Positions 34,238 through 43,369 of a stretch of 43,369 bases of DNA are shown one piece after another. The stretch is from positions 1 through 43,369 of IMG/VR virus record IMGVR_UViG_3300010359_000004; one strand, given 5' to 3'. Position numbers and translations under genes: made by a program. How positions within the stretch are numbered: position 1 is the first letter of the stretch; every line of letters begins with the position of its first letter. The notes beneath the pieces were generated by a model. The model saw only the letters and a program-made list of their open reading frames with translations, was not told the DNA's origin and ran no database searches. The DNA comes from a virus (Duplodnaviria > Caudoviricetes).

Positions 34238-35279
34238 GTCCTATCTGGAGAAAGGATACTATCGCCTTTATCCGAATCTATTTACCGTCCTTGTGGCGGG
34301 TTCGGCACGATGCAGAAAGTCAACTAGCATCAACATCGCTAATGGTACACTGCGCGATGTAACAGACATCCGCATTGTCGATGGAAAAACTTCGTCCGAG
34401 AAGTTCGTCCACAGTCACGTAATACCAGCAAATGCAGAACAGCAAACGACGCTTGTCAAGGCGGATGAGCTCGCGGTCTTCCTCACTAGAGATCAGCAAG
34501 GTGATAAGCTCATTGATACTCTTACCAAGTTCTTTGATGCCCCGCCGACGTTCACGTGGGACACGTTCAAGCATGGTAAGCTCACCATGCGAGATATCTA
34601 CGTGGTCGTCCTCGCTGCCACTACTCCGGAAACCCTCGACAAAGTGCTCCCGGATACGTCGTTCGGCGGCGGCTTTATGAGTCGTATCCTCCTGGTCTAC
34701 CAGGCCGACACTGAGAAGCCTCGCCGAGATTTCCAAACTCTCACCCCTGAAGACATAGCAAACCTCGAGGGTTTGAGGCGCGGTGCTAGTTACATCATGA
34801 TGCATGGCGGTGAATTTACTCTCGATCCCGCTGCCAGGAAAATCTACGATAAGTGGTACGAATCTATCACGCCGCCCGAGGATAAGCGGATGGACGGCTT
34901 CGTCGGTAGAAAACATGATCATGCGCTGCGCCTTTCAATGAGTCTGTGTGCTGCCGAGATGAGTGGCGATCGGATCGTACTCGACCAGCACATCGACGCT
35001 GCCATAGATCTCGTGGAGAGCCTCGAGAAGAATCTGCCCGGCGCCCTTGATGGTGTCGGTTCGAATAATGCCAGCCGCGGAGTCATGGATATGGTTAGCC
35101 GCATACTCTCGCACCATTCGCGGATGCCGCATAGCGATCTGCTCCGCAAGGTAGCACAGTACGCCAACGCCCAAGAGTTCCGTGGGGTCATCGACACATT
35201 GATCCAGGCTGGCATGGTGGTGCGAGACAAGGAGAACTACACTGTCTACGTCTGGGTCGGCCGCGGCTTTAGGGAATAA
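34131..35279 (+). CDS. DUF3987-type P-loop helicase-like protein with C-terminal wHTH
   Basis: ESP..FH.WSG, YPNLF..LVAGSARCRKST, ADEL, GGFMSR. Confidence 0.75.
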   Translation: MSWLTQYMEFTHQHESPAMFHLWSGLTIISALLGRKSYLEKGYYRLYPNLFTVLVAGSARCRKSTSINIANGTLRDVTDIRIVDGKTSSEKFVHSHVIPANAEQQTTLVKADELAVFLTRDQQGDKLIDTLTKFFDAPPTFTWDTFKHGKLTMRDIYVVVLAATTPETLDKVLPDTSFGGGFMSRILLVYQADTEKPRRDFQTLTPEDIANLEGLRRGASYIMMHGGEFTLDPAARKIYDKWYESITPPEDKRMDGFVGRKHDHALRLSMSLCAAEMSGDRIVLDQHIDAAIDLVESLEKNLPGALDGVGSNNASRGVMDMVSRILSHHSRMPHSDLLRKVAQYANAQEFRGVIDTLIQAGMVVRDKENYTVYVWVGRGFRE

Positions 35280-35289
35280 ATTTCTTGGC

Positions 35290-35310
35290 ATTTCACATCC
35301 TGAAAACTCG
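35290..35310 (+). promoter_or_regulatory. Dyad motif, copy 5
   Basis: ATTTCACATCCTGAAAACTCG, 10 nt after the helicase stop and followed directly by TAGGAG SD. Confidence 0.75.
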
Positions 35311-35325
35311 TAGGAGTTGGATACC

Positions 35326-35730
35326 ATGGCTAAGATTGATTTCACCATGTTAGGCTATGACGCCGAAGGTGAACCACAGTATGGTATTAGGGAAACTAGC
35401 GCCTTGAACCGCTCGATCCAAGTACAGCGTACTAAGCCTCTAATCAAGGAGATCACTGATCTGGTTGGCTACAAGAAGCGTATGGTTCACGTTGTTCCGG
35501 CAGAGGAGGTAGCGCTGCTCAATCGGACCTGGACCGGCACCAATAGGATCCGGTACAAGTGCGTCAACATCGGCTCGATGGATATGATCCCCCTACCGCA
35601 TACCGAAGGCGCCATAGTACGCCTTAATCTTTCAATGGCAATCGTCGCTGCCACTATACAGGGCGGCATGGAGAAGCCATTAACTATTTATATCCGCCCA
35701 GAAAACTTCAGGAGCGGATGGGTCAAGTGA
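35326..35730 (+). CDS. Hypothetical protein (last of the plus arm)
   Basis: AGGAG SD; 134 aa. Confidence 0.65.
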   Translation: MAKIDFTMLGYDAEGEPQYGIRETSALNRSIQVQRTKPLIKEITDLVGYKKRMVHVVPAEEVALLNRTWTGTNRIRYKCVNIGSMDMIPLPHTEGAIVRLNLSMAIVAATIQGGMEKPLTIYIRPENFRSGWVK

Positions 35731-35845
35731 TCGGCGCTACGCGAGCCAGCTCGACTGCTGTCCACTCACCCCCGCACCCCTGGCAGGTAACGCTCTCCTC
35801 GAAGGAGAACTTATGAAGGAGTGCCCCACATTCGCAGCGACGCAA
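35723..35845 (-). CDS. Possible 40-aa Zn-ribbon peptide
   Basis: TTG start; RRCECG...CQGCG. Confidence 0.3.
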   Translation of the reverse strand: MRRCECGALLHKFSFEESVTCQGCGGEWTAVELARVAPIT

Positions 35846-35870
35846 TAGCGCCGACCGATTTCCGAGTTTA

Positions 35871-38690
35871 TTAGAAACGTCCAAACTGTCCGAAAGGTTT
35901 GACATTCGTCTTGAACTCCCCAAAGGTTTTCGACTTAGGTACCGGCCCGTGCTTGAATCCTAACCACCGACCTGCGGCCTCGCGTGTCGTCGGCTCCTCG
36001 CGTGCCTTCATCCACTCGAGGACCGGCGATGCGCCGGGGATAAACATAGTGGCAGCTTCCCGGAAGAAACTCTTCTGCGCTGCTGTAGCCCAACCTTTCT
36101 GCGTCCCCAACACATTCTCACCACGCATTGTGCTGAACGTTGCCTCCGCACCTTTCTTCAGAACATCGTAGACTGGCGAACCGGTATAGATAGCCGGTGC
36201 TACGAACGTCCAACCAAGGGTGTCCATGAGGGCATTCCTGTCGCCGAAATACTTACCTATACCGTAGAACGTACTGACCAGCGCAGCATTAGTTGCGAAG
36301 AACCTACCTAGAGTGACGGCTCTGCTCCAATCGGATTGCGGGCCAGCGCCTCCCTGGAGCATCTTACCTAGATACGTTCCGTACTGCAACGCCCAGTTCC
36401 CAAATCCACCAAGGTATCGACCAGTTGAGCCACGTAGGAACTCGGGTTTCTCCATGTTGCTATACATGAACTGCGTATCATCTGTGAGAATCTGGCCCGC
36501 CCTGTCGGCGACCTCGGCGATCCTGCCCTGCTTGTACATCCCAGCGAGTACGTTAACCTCTTCCGGCAGGAACCGGCTAATTCCGCTCTTGGTAATAAAC
36601 TTCGCTACATCGCCCCCTGCGATCTCGGCAGCCCATAGAGTCTTGGCCCGCTGGCCCAAATACGGTATCCCGCGGTTCAGTCCCTCCACAGATTCGAATG
36701 GAGCCATCGACGCATTGAGGCCCCGGTCCAACATCTGACTAGCGCGACCTTCACCTAGGATACGAAGTTTCTGCATCAGCATGTCGGCGGCCACACCCGA
36801 CTGTTCAACTAACTTGCGGCCATCCTGCGTTAGTACCTGCTTGAAACCTTGCGCGGTCCACCGAGGACCGAGCATAGGAATAGTGGTCTGAATCGTCTGC
36901 ATCGCGTTGCGGATGACCGGCCCGGGTCGGGCACCAAGTAGGGCTGAATACGGAAGTGTTACCATCCGATTCGCCATATCGTAACCGTCTACCTTTAGAC
37001 CGAACTTGGCGAATGCGGATGAAAAAACTTTGCCTAGATCTCTAGTGACACTATCCTTCGTACCATCCAAAGCGTTTATAGTACGACCCATAGCCTGTCG
37101 AACCTCAACAGGTATGTCCATGTTGCCCGAATACTTGCTAGTCAAACCGCGGACATACTCCCCTAAATTACCTTCGAAAGTACCCTGATTGATTACGTCC
37201 CCGAGAAGGTGCGCTGGGTTCGGGTTATTAGTTTTGACTTTGGATGCGCCTACCAAGTCGACCATCTTGGGATACTGTTCCGCCAGTGCGTCCATCTCAC
37301 CGCGATTCATTCTGGGTAGGAAATCTCCCCAGAATTGATCTGCAGTCATCCCAAGCGGCTCGAGTGCTTTATCGGATATACCCTTGATAGCTTGAGCCTT
37401 GGCACGCAAGCTCTTTGGCAACGCGTCGACCATGTTGCCGCTAGGATCCATGAGAGCCTGTGCTATCTGAAGTTGTCCGTCGTTATTAACACCCCTAAAC
37501 GCCTTGATTGCGTCATCTACTAGGGCGTTCTTTTCTACCTGCCATTTCTTATTGAGTCGTGATAGATTGTCGTAATCCTCGAAGACAGGATAGCCGGTAT
37601 CTCGCTGCAACGCGGCCATGAAGTCTTTGGTGCGACCTCGCCACCTAGTATAACCCATCGTAAAGTCAGATGGCTTACCGAAAGTTTGTCTCTCCTCTGG
37701 CATATCATGTATGCCGGCTAATTCTTTGAGGGCTTGCATCCCTCCATCTTCTTCGAAGATATTCATACCCTCCGGGATTTCGTTCACGTGAGGAGGATTA
37801 GATACCTCCGGAACATCGAAGAACATGGAGGGCCGACGCTGCATCATCCACTGATCGAGGGCTTGTTGCTTCGCTTCTCCTGGACCTATAGTAACACGCC
37901 GGGCGCTGCTGGGTACGAAGTCCTCGTCAATCGGTTTCCCATGTTGATCGAGTATAACGCTCTTCGGGATCTCAGTTGGCTCACCGTCCGGCCCCATCTT
38001 AGGGGCCTTAGGTCCAATGACAGTCTCAACCTTGTCAGCAAGTTCACCAGTGCCTGCTATCTCGCGGATGGCTGTCCGGCGAACTTCCCACAGGTGCGGC
38101 AAGATTGTTAGCGAACCAGCCGAGAGAAACGACAGGGCCTGCTGGCCGCCACTTGGGATTCCATTGCCCTCAGAGATACTGATAGCCGTGTTGCTTACAG
38201 CTCCCAGGCCGCCTGTGATCAGAAATCTTGGCAGGAACGAATTACCACCGGGTACAGAAGCGAACAAGGTGTTCGTGGCACCCTCGGCCAAAGTACGAGT
38301 AGGATTGTATGACGGCCGATCTCCGCCCGCGATTTCCTCTCGCTGAGCTTCGATATCACTAAGCGCGCCGCCGACTCCAGATCCAACCTTATACGCTATA
38401 GGAGCTAATTCCGGAGCACCCAGCAGACTTACGCCCGCGGCAGCAGTCAATCCAACGGCAGGTGGACCGATAGTACGAACTATCGTGGGTGTCCATCCAG
38501 CACCCTCCTTCGGAGGAGGAGTATCGCTAGTGGGTGTTTCCGATACGCTTACTGGAGGCGCACTCGTCGTGGGAGTGCTAGTAGCGTGTTCAAGTTCCTT
38601 GAATTTACGGGCAACGGCCTGCTTAACTTCGTCGCTGGGATTATCCCCAACATCGACCTGAACGCCGTTCGGAAATTCAATGATAGCCAT
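35871..38690 (-). CDS. Large internal virion / DNA-ejection protein
   Basis: 939 aa, helical, last gene of the structural arm; T.DTQFMY...P.F.....G..LG.F..W motif seen in large ejection proteins. Confidence 0.7.
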   Translation of the reverse strand: MAIIEFPNGVQVDVGDNPSDEVKQAVARKFKELEHATSTPTTSAPPVSVSETPTSDTPPPKEGAGWTPTIVRTIGPPAVGLTAAAGVSLLGAPELAPIAYKVGSGVGGALSDIEAQREEIAGGDRPSYNPTRTLAEGATNTLFASVPGGNSFLPRFLITGGLGAVSNTAISISEGNGIPSGGQQALSFLSAGSLTILPHLWEVRRTAIREIAGTGELADKVETVIGPKAPKMGPDGEPTEIPKSVILDQHGKPIDEDFVPSSARRVTIGPGEAKQQALDQWMMQRRPSMFFDVPEVSNPPHVNEIPEGMNIFEEDGGMQALKELAGIHDMPEERQTFGKPSDFTMGYTRWRGRTKDFMAALQRDTGYPVFEDYDNLSRLNKKWQVEKNALVDDAIKAFRGVNNDGQLQIAQALMDPSGNMVDALPKSLRAKAQAIKGISDKALEPLGMTADQFWGDFLPRMNRGEMDALAEQYPKMVDLVGASKVKTNNPNPAHLLGDVINQGTFEGNLGEYVRGLTSKYSGNMDIPVEVRQAMGRTINALDGTKDSVTRDLGKVFSSAFAKFGLKVDGYDMANRMVTLPYSALLGARPGPVIRNAMQTIQTTIPMLGPRWTAQGFKQVLTQDGRKLVEQSGVAADMLMQKLRILGEGRASQMLDRGLNASMAPFESVEGLNRGIPYLGQRAKTLWAAEIAGGDVAKFITKSGISRFLPEEVNVLAGMYKQGRIAEVADRAGQILTDDTQFMYSNMEKPEFLRGSTGRYLGGFGNWALQYGTYLGKMLQGGAGPQSDWSRAVTLGRFFATNAALVSTFYGIGKYFGDRNALMDTLGWTFVAPAIYTGSPVYDVLKKGAEATFSTMRGENVLGTQKGWATAAQKSFFREAATMFIPGASPVLEWMKAREEPTTREAAGRWLGFKHGPVPKSKTFGEFKTNVKPFGQFGRF

Positions 38691-39880
38691 TACGGGATCC
38701 CCAGGAACTTCTTAGCATCATTACCCTTGAGTACCGTGCCACCAGCCGGTTTGCCCTGAAGATTCGGATCCTCACCGGCCCGCGGGTCCTTGGCTAGAGG
38801 CGGCGAAGCAACAGCGGTCTGGCCTTTGAAGTAGTCCCACATAGAGTTCCACATGCCGGCGAGACCACCCGGGCCAGCCATCTCAAGAGCAGATTTGATA
38901 TCATCCTCGCCCCATCCATTCTTCCGCATCCAATCTTTCATCTCGTTCTCGAAGATGGGCTTGATAAAGTCTGCGTCCTTGCCGGTACCCAGAGACAATT
39001 TGGCCATGTCGGTCAGTAGTTTGACCTTCGCTTGCATCTCCGGAGTCGGATCTGTCATGGCCCGCTGCAAGTCGTAGTTAAGTTTGGCAGCTCGAGCCTG
39101 GTTAGCTAACGCCGCAGAGCTCTTTGCTTGGGCGTTAGCGTTACCAGTTTGTACCGCGGTATGTGTGCTCACATCCCGGTACGTCATCTTCGGCGGAATC
39201 TGCTGGCCAGGATGTGCGGTGTACCATTGCTGTTCCGTCATGATATTGTTGCTCTGTGGATCCAGCACATACGGCGATAGTTGATCCTCGGGCTTCGTCT
39301 TGCCAGTCTCCATCTTCTTTTCCTCAAGACGGGTCTGGCGCTCCATCTCAGCGACTTTGATTCTGGTCGCGTTATCCTCCCTATTCTGGGCTATCTGCTT
39401 ATCGGTCCTTTCGCGATCAGCAGCCTCCCGCATATTCTCGAGAGTGAACTGAGCTCCGATTTCAGAAGGATCAGCTCTAGGTTTCTGGAAACCAGCGGCC
39501 ACCGAAGCTAGAGACGGATCCCTCTGCATCTCCTGAATAGCGTACCTCTGTACCACGGTTTGGATATCCGGGGTAACAACCACATCGCCTTTCTCGTTAC
39601 GCGGCAGGTCGAAACCTAGGATGCCAGGTAGCCGGTTGAGTGTGTCCTGCGGCAGCTTGTCCATTCCACCCGAGAGAGCACCAGCGGTTGTAATGGCGGC
39701 CAGTTGTCGCTTGTTCTCCTTATCTTTGATATCTTGGTATTGAGTGACGCCTTCCATGATGCTCTTGCCGATTCCGCTGACTGTCTCTTGTAACATACGT
39801 CCGCGGATGGCAGCGGCGTTCGCTTGCTCGAGCTGGAATTTCGCTGGATCGAGAACTACAGTTTCAGGAGTGCCAGCCAT
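38690..39880 (-). CDS. Internal virion / ejection protein
   Basis: 396 aa, Gln/Ala-rich coiled coil; position. Confidence 0.6.
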   Translation of the reverse strand: MAGTPETVVLDPAKFQLEQANAAAIRGRMLQETVSGIGKSIMEGVTQYQDIKDKENKRQLAAITTAGALSGGMDKLPQDTLNRLPGILGFDLPRNEKGDVVVTPDIQTVVQRYAIQEMQRDPSLASVAAGFQKPRADPSEIGAQFTLENMREAADRERTDKQIAQNREDNATRIKVAEMERQTRLEEKKMETGKTKPEDQLSPYVLDPQSNNIMTEQQWYTAHPGQQIPPKMTYRDVSTHTAVQTGNANAQAKSSAALANQARAAKLNYDLQRAMTDPTPEMQAKVKLLTDMAKLSLGTGKDADFIKPIFENEMKDWMRKNGWGEDDIKSALEMAGPGGLAGMWNSMWDYFKGQTAVASPPLAKDPRAGEDPNLQGKPAGGTVLKGNDAKKFLGIP

Positions 39881-39888
39881 GACTCACC

Positions 39889-40752
39889 TCACTTCTGAGT
39901 AACCACGGATCCTGGCGGAGTGAAGGACGCAGACCATTGCAGCATCTTATCCATCATCTCGGGAGGAGATGTCCCCAGCAGATAATTCTGCCACCCGGTC
40001 TGCGCCGCATTCTGCATCATGTTGGCCTTGCTAACACCGACACCTTGCAGCATGTTCAACGCACCGCTGAGCTCCTGCATCCGCTGTTGGTTCAGGTTAG
40101 TCATCGCGGTGATACCCTGCGCCGACAGATCCTGCAATCCTTGTCGGCGCATAGTATTGGAGGCCGTTAGCAAGTCGGAACCATAACGGCCACCACGAGC
40201 TCCAAACGACTCTGTCAAGTCGGCCGTCTGTTTCTCGAGCTCTCGTTCCATCAGGTCTTTGTAAATACCAAACTGCTCGTTGTACGAAGGCAGCGGCATG
40301 GCACCAAGGCGTGACAAATCTGCCGAAGAGACATCCGCTACCTGCTGCAATTCGGGTGGCGTTGGGAGCTCGTATTGCGAAACGAACTTGCTGTACCAAT
40401 TTGGATCCATCGTAGTTCCAGGAGCGGGCGGAGTAGTCGGCGGTGTGGCCGGTGGGGCACCCGCACCTGGAGATGGTGCTGGCTGCTTGACAGGGGTGAT
40501 ACCGTACTGCTGAGTCATGGCAGCCCAATTCTGACCTTGACGGGATCCTGGCCGGTTAGTCTCGAGTCTTCCCAACTTCCTGGTGACGTTGGGATGCTGC
40601 TGCATGTAAGTGTTCCAGGTCTGCTGTCCTCCCTGGATCGCACTAGTGAAGGCTGTTCGGCCTGGCTTATTCAAGCCGAGGCCTAGCCCGAGGCCACCTC
40701 CACCTCCTGGCTTCGCTTGCTTGCCACCAGGAGCAGCTTTGTGCTTAGCCAT
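39889..40752 (-). CDS. Internal virion / pilot-like protein
   Basis: 287 aa; basic N-terminus, Pro-rich linker, FGARGGRYGS motif. Confidence 0.6.
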   Translation of the reverse strand: MAKHKAAPGGKQAKPGGGGGLGLGLGLNKPGRTAFTSAIQGGQQTWNTYMQQHPNVTRKLGRLETNRPGSRQGQNWAAMTQQYGITPVKQPAPSPGAGAPPATPPTTPPAPGTTMDPNWYSKFVSQYELPTPPELQQVADVSSADLSRLGAMPLPSYNEQFGIYKDLMERELEKQTADLTESFGARGGRYGSDLLTASNTMRRQGLQDLSAQGITAMTNLNQQRMQELSGALNMLQGVGVSKANMMQNAAQTGWQNYLLGTSPPEMMDKMLQWSASFTPPGSVVTQK

Positions 40753-40754
40753 TG

Positions 40755-41324
40755 CTAGTCTCCACTTCCGAGGATACCACGAAGCTTGGTCTGCTTCTGC
40801 AGATTCTTGGTCAGCTTGTTGCTTATCATTCCGCTCTGAGCAGGACCAGCCGTCGCTGCGCGAGCCCGAAGCCGATTCTCCTGAGTGGTGAGCCTACCAA
40901 GGCGGGCCAGCGGACCAGTCGCGCCTTCGCGAGCACGCTGCTTCCCAAGGAACACTTGCTGCGCTGGGGTCAACTGAGTCTGAGTTCCGCTGACGTAGGG
41001 CATCGGTCCGCCAGTGTGCGGGTCGATGAGCTTCAAGTTTGCAGCTTCCTCAGGTGTGAATCCAGTATCCTTAAACGGGAACCTAGCTGTGCCCCCGCTC
41101 GCGGCGTACTCTTGCAATGTAGGCCTTTGTGCGGTTGCGTTTTCTGCGAGCAATCTCGCGGTGTAGCTTTGCAACCCTTTTGTAGGTGCGAAGCCTTTGA
41201 GCGGTTTCTCGGTGAATGAACCGCCGCCGCCACTGGCGGCTTGCGATTGCTGATAAGCGCTGTAGGCTCCAGCGGCTGTACTTGCCACGGTGGCTCCTAC
41301 CACCGCCACTGTTACTGCGCACAT
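40755..41324 (-). CDS. Internal virion protein (T7 gp14 / P22 gp7-like position)
   Basis: MC-start with hydrophobic Ala/Gly N-terminus (MCAVTVAVVGATVASTAAGAYSAYQQ). Confidence 0.65.
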   Translation of the reverse strand: MCAVTVAVVGATVASTAAGAYSAYQQSQAASGGGGSFTEKPLKGFAPTKGLQSYTARLLAENATAQRPTLQEYAASGGTARFPFKDTGFTPEEAANLKLIDPHTGGPMPYVSGTQTQLTPAQQVFLGKQRAREGATGPLARLGRLTTQENRLRARAATAGPAQSGMISNKLTKNLQKQTKLRGILGSGD

Positions 41325-41333
41325 ACGATCCTC

Positions 41334-41918
41334 CTATATATCGAAGAAGGCGACGAACACCATTCGACCAGTTCCTGGCACTTCTCCAAAGCCACCCACC
41401 GGCATAGCGGCATGGTATCGGCTCGTCGGGACTACGACGACCCGATTCCATTCCTGCTTCGCTACACCGGTTATCGTCCATCGGTCCAAGCTATTTGCGT
41501 CCGCATCCCACACGTCAATCTCTTCCTGGCATGTAGGAGTAGTTTCCATGCCAGTTAACGTATGCTTGAATATCCAAGTGCCTGAATCTTCAGGATATTC
41601 GCCAGGTGGATTCAGATAAACCGTTGCCAAGTATCCTGCGTACATTGGATCTAGGTGGATGATACGTCGTGTAGGATTGACGTCTTTCATAGCGAGGCGG
41701 AGGAAAGCCAATTTTACCAACGCGGGGGAACGCATCAGGTAAGACAGCTTAACCTCCGCCTCATGTCTGAATATCCAAGGTGGATCCTTGCACACTCCCC
41801 GGTAATCCACTCCATCTACCGGCGATTGTTCATCCCGAAACCCCTTGGCTAGAGCCCAGCCGCGCAGTTCCCACGGTTCCTCGAAGAAATCGTCAACGAC
41901 AGTGTGATGTAGTTTCAT
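41334..41918 (-). CDS. 2OG-Fe(II) oxygenase-like protein (DUF6445-like)
   Basis: VVDDFF, HxD (IHLD), VYLN, GT, NR.V, distal YH, GR.....FF. Confidence 0.75.
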   Translation of the reverse strand: MKLHHTVVDDFFEEPWELRGWALAKGFRDEQSPVDGVDYRGVCKDPPWIFRHEAEVKLSYLMRSPALVKLAFLRLAMKDVNPTRRIIHLDPMYAGYLATVYLNPPGEYPEDSGTWIFKHTLTGMETTPTCQEEIDVWDADANSLDRWTITGVAKQEWNRVVVVPTSRYHAAMPVGGFGEVPGTGRMVFVAFFDI

Positions 41919-42355
41919 TTGATATAGTGGCTCTCTAACAGTGTGAATCCTTTGCGCTCGAGGATTCGTTGCCAGAGATCAGTCCGTCCAGAATGAATGT
42001 GACCAACCACAACTCGCACTGCACCCCGAAGACGAGCAACCTTATCAAATTCCTCAAGGAGCCGCATACCATGCCCTCTAGCAGCCGCGGTAACAAACCA
42101 GAACTGTTCAATCGCAACAAGTGCATGGTCATTCAGATCCCGAACTATGATCCCCCCGATTGCTCCCATCAGCTGCTGGTTCCTCGTCAATCCTATTATC
42201 AGGGCGGAGCTGTTCCGGAACAAGCTCTTCCAAGATTCTATCCATAGTTCCGGTACAAACCTCCCGGGCATCCCCATCTCGTTCCAGAACTCCAGTCCCA
42301 TCGGGGCTAGGATCTTCAGTTGTTCGGGACTTGTAACGCCACAAGTCTTCCACAA
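41915..42355 (-). CDS. GNAT acetyltransferase 2 (start uncertain: 42427, 42355 or 42301)
   Basis: EQFWFVTAAARGHGMRLL motif A; LERKGF. Confidence 0.75.
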   Translation of the reverse strand: MWKTCGVTSPEQLKILAPMGLEFWNEMGMPGRFVPELWIESWKSLFRNSSALIIGLTRNQQLMGAIGGIIVRDLNDHALVAIEQFWFVTAAARGHGMRLLEEFDKVARLRGAVRVVVGHIHSGRTDLWQRILERKGFTLLESHYIK

Positions 42356-42812
42356 GTAGTCCGAAGATATCGCAGTCTTCAAATGATCCGTTCTTCGAGC
42401 GGTAAGCTCGTCTAATGATTCCTTCATGTCTGAACCCCAGCCTTCGGCTCAGTTTAGCTACCACCTCGCGCGTGCGCGGCACGAGCATAGAAATGCGTAC
42501 CAACCCGGCGAGCTTGAACATTTCCGTTAAGATTTCGTGGATCGAGGACTCGCGGCCGCGAAGAGTTCTGTCGAACATGATGATGCCCAACCAGGCATCC
42601 ATATCTGGTGAGACTCTCTCCGCAAACACAAGTCCAACGATCGCCTCGCCCTCGAGCACGGCGAAAAACAGGGCGTCCCGTTGCATCAACCACCGACCAA
42701 ACGATTCGACGGTTCCCCATTGAGGATGCCACGCGAGAGGCACCTGCTGGCAACGAAGCCATAAATCACGCAGAAAGGCTTCGTTCGGTACTACTAGTGG
42801 CTTCCACGTCAT
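42129..42812 (-). CDS. GNAT acetyltransferase 1 (RimJ/RimL-like)
   Basis: FDRTLRG, RRLGFRHEGIIR, DCDIFGLL. Confidence 0.75.
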   Translation of the reverse strand: MTWKPLVVPNEAFLRDLWLRCQQVPLAWHPQWGTVESFGRWLMQRDALFFAVLEGEAIVGLVFAERVSPDMDAWLGIIMFDRTLRGRESSIHEILTEMFKLAGLVRISMLVPRTREVVAKLSRRLGFRHEGIIRRAYRSKNGSFEDCDIFGLLVEDLWRYKSRTTEDPSPDGTGVLERDGDAREVCTGTMDRILEELVPEQLRPDNRIDEEPAADGSNRGDHSSGSE

Positions 42813-43028
42813 TTAGGCTGCTGCAGATAGTCCATGGTCTGTGAGCCACTTGCTTCGACACGCCTCCTTCTCGAAAATCTTGTCAGGAAGCGATCCCTGC
42901 TGAGTCAGACCGCCTGGCGGGTACGGTGCATTTGGATCATCAAAGTATAGCATCGTCTTGACGCTATACCAACCCGACATGGAGTCGGCCGTGTGTCCGC
43001 ATTCGTCACAGGTATAATTGATCGGCAT
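42813..43028 (-). CDS. Hypothetical protein with CxxC
   Basis: AAGGAG SD; MPINYTCDECG. Confidence 0.6.
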   Translation of the reverse strand: MPINYTCDECGHTADSMSGWYSVKTMLYFDDPNAPYPPGGLTQQGSLPDKIFEKEACRSKWLTDHGLSAAA

Positions 43029-43038
43029 CTGTATCTCC

Positions 43039-43369
43039 TTATGCCATATTCCAAATCGACAAACCGCCCGGAGCATCACTCGTTGTCAAGAGGTTGCCGT
43101 TAGAGTTAGCGACGTAGACCTGTACCTGATAATAGTGACTCGTCCCGGCACCAAAACTGTTGTCGTACGTGGCACACGTAAGGGGCACCGGAACCTGGAA
43201 GATTCCACCGCCGTTCCCGAATGATACTGTCCAGTGCAGGTACGGCGTCAATTGCGCACCGTCTCGATAGAACGCGATGTAAATCTCGTTCGCTCCAACC
43301 GACCCAACGTAATACATCGCGACCCCGAAAAACAGGAAGTTTGTCCCGCCCGGCCAGAGCGTGGTGGGC
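43039..43369 (-). CDS. C-terminal part of a probable tail fibre protein (begins beyond window end)
   Basis: Frame open to the window edge (PTTLWPGGTNFLFFGVAMYY...); GTSHYYQVQV beta domain typical of fibre tips. Confidence 0.6.
   Translation of the reverse strand, partial: PTTLWPGGTNFLFFGVAMYYVGSVGANEIYIAFYRDGAQLTPYLHWTVSFGNGGGIFQVPVPLTCATYDNSFGAGTSHYYQVQVYVANSNGNLLTTSDAPGGLSIWNMA

Noticed and set aside
3720-35310. Dyad motif as CRISPR repeat, att site or IS end
   Set aside because: Copies are dispersed kilobases apart, with no spacers, integrase or transposase.
1-43369. Window as a complete circular genome
   Set aside because: Both ends are in fibre-like frames, but each leaves one spare base, so direct joining shifts the frame. 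No terminal overlap is visible.

Overview
Near-complete genome of a lytic-looking, podovirus-type dsDNA phage. The window is cut inside a collagen-repeat tail-fibre region at both ends, and the two ends do not join in frame, so some sequence is missing. Two divergent arms start around 16.55-17.2 kb. The minus arm carries TerS, TerL, an outer-membrane beta-barrel gene, a secreted collagen-like gene, lysis genes, portal, scaffold, capsid, adaptor, nozzle and fibre. It continues at 43.4-35.9 kb with two GNATs, a 2OG-Fe(II) oxygenase and ejection proteins. The plus arm carries many small early genes, a J-domain protein, GroES, a Cas4-like nuclease/AAA ATPase/SSB recombination module, a ParB-methyltransferase, a UDG-fused family A DNA polymerase and a DUF3987-type helicase. 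I recognised no integrase, repressor, RNA polymerase, primase, tRNA or CRISPR array. The most striking features are non-coding: (1) two diverged copies of an unrecognised ~150-175 nt pseudoknotted RNA with compensatory base changes; (2) a 21-22 bp dyad motif present five times, always co-oriented with transcription; (3) a ~46-bp long-range duplex enclosing one whole early gene; (4) a stem hiding the portal RBS. All family calls come from motif recognition by eye, not database searches.
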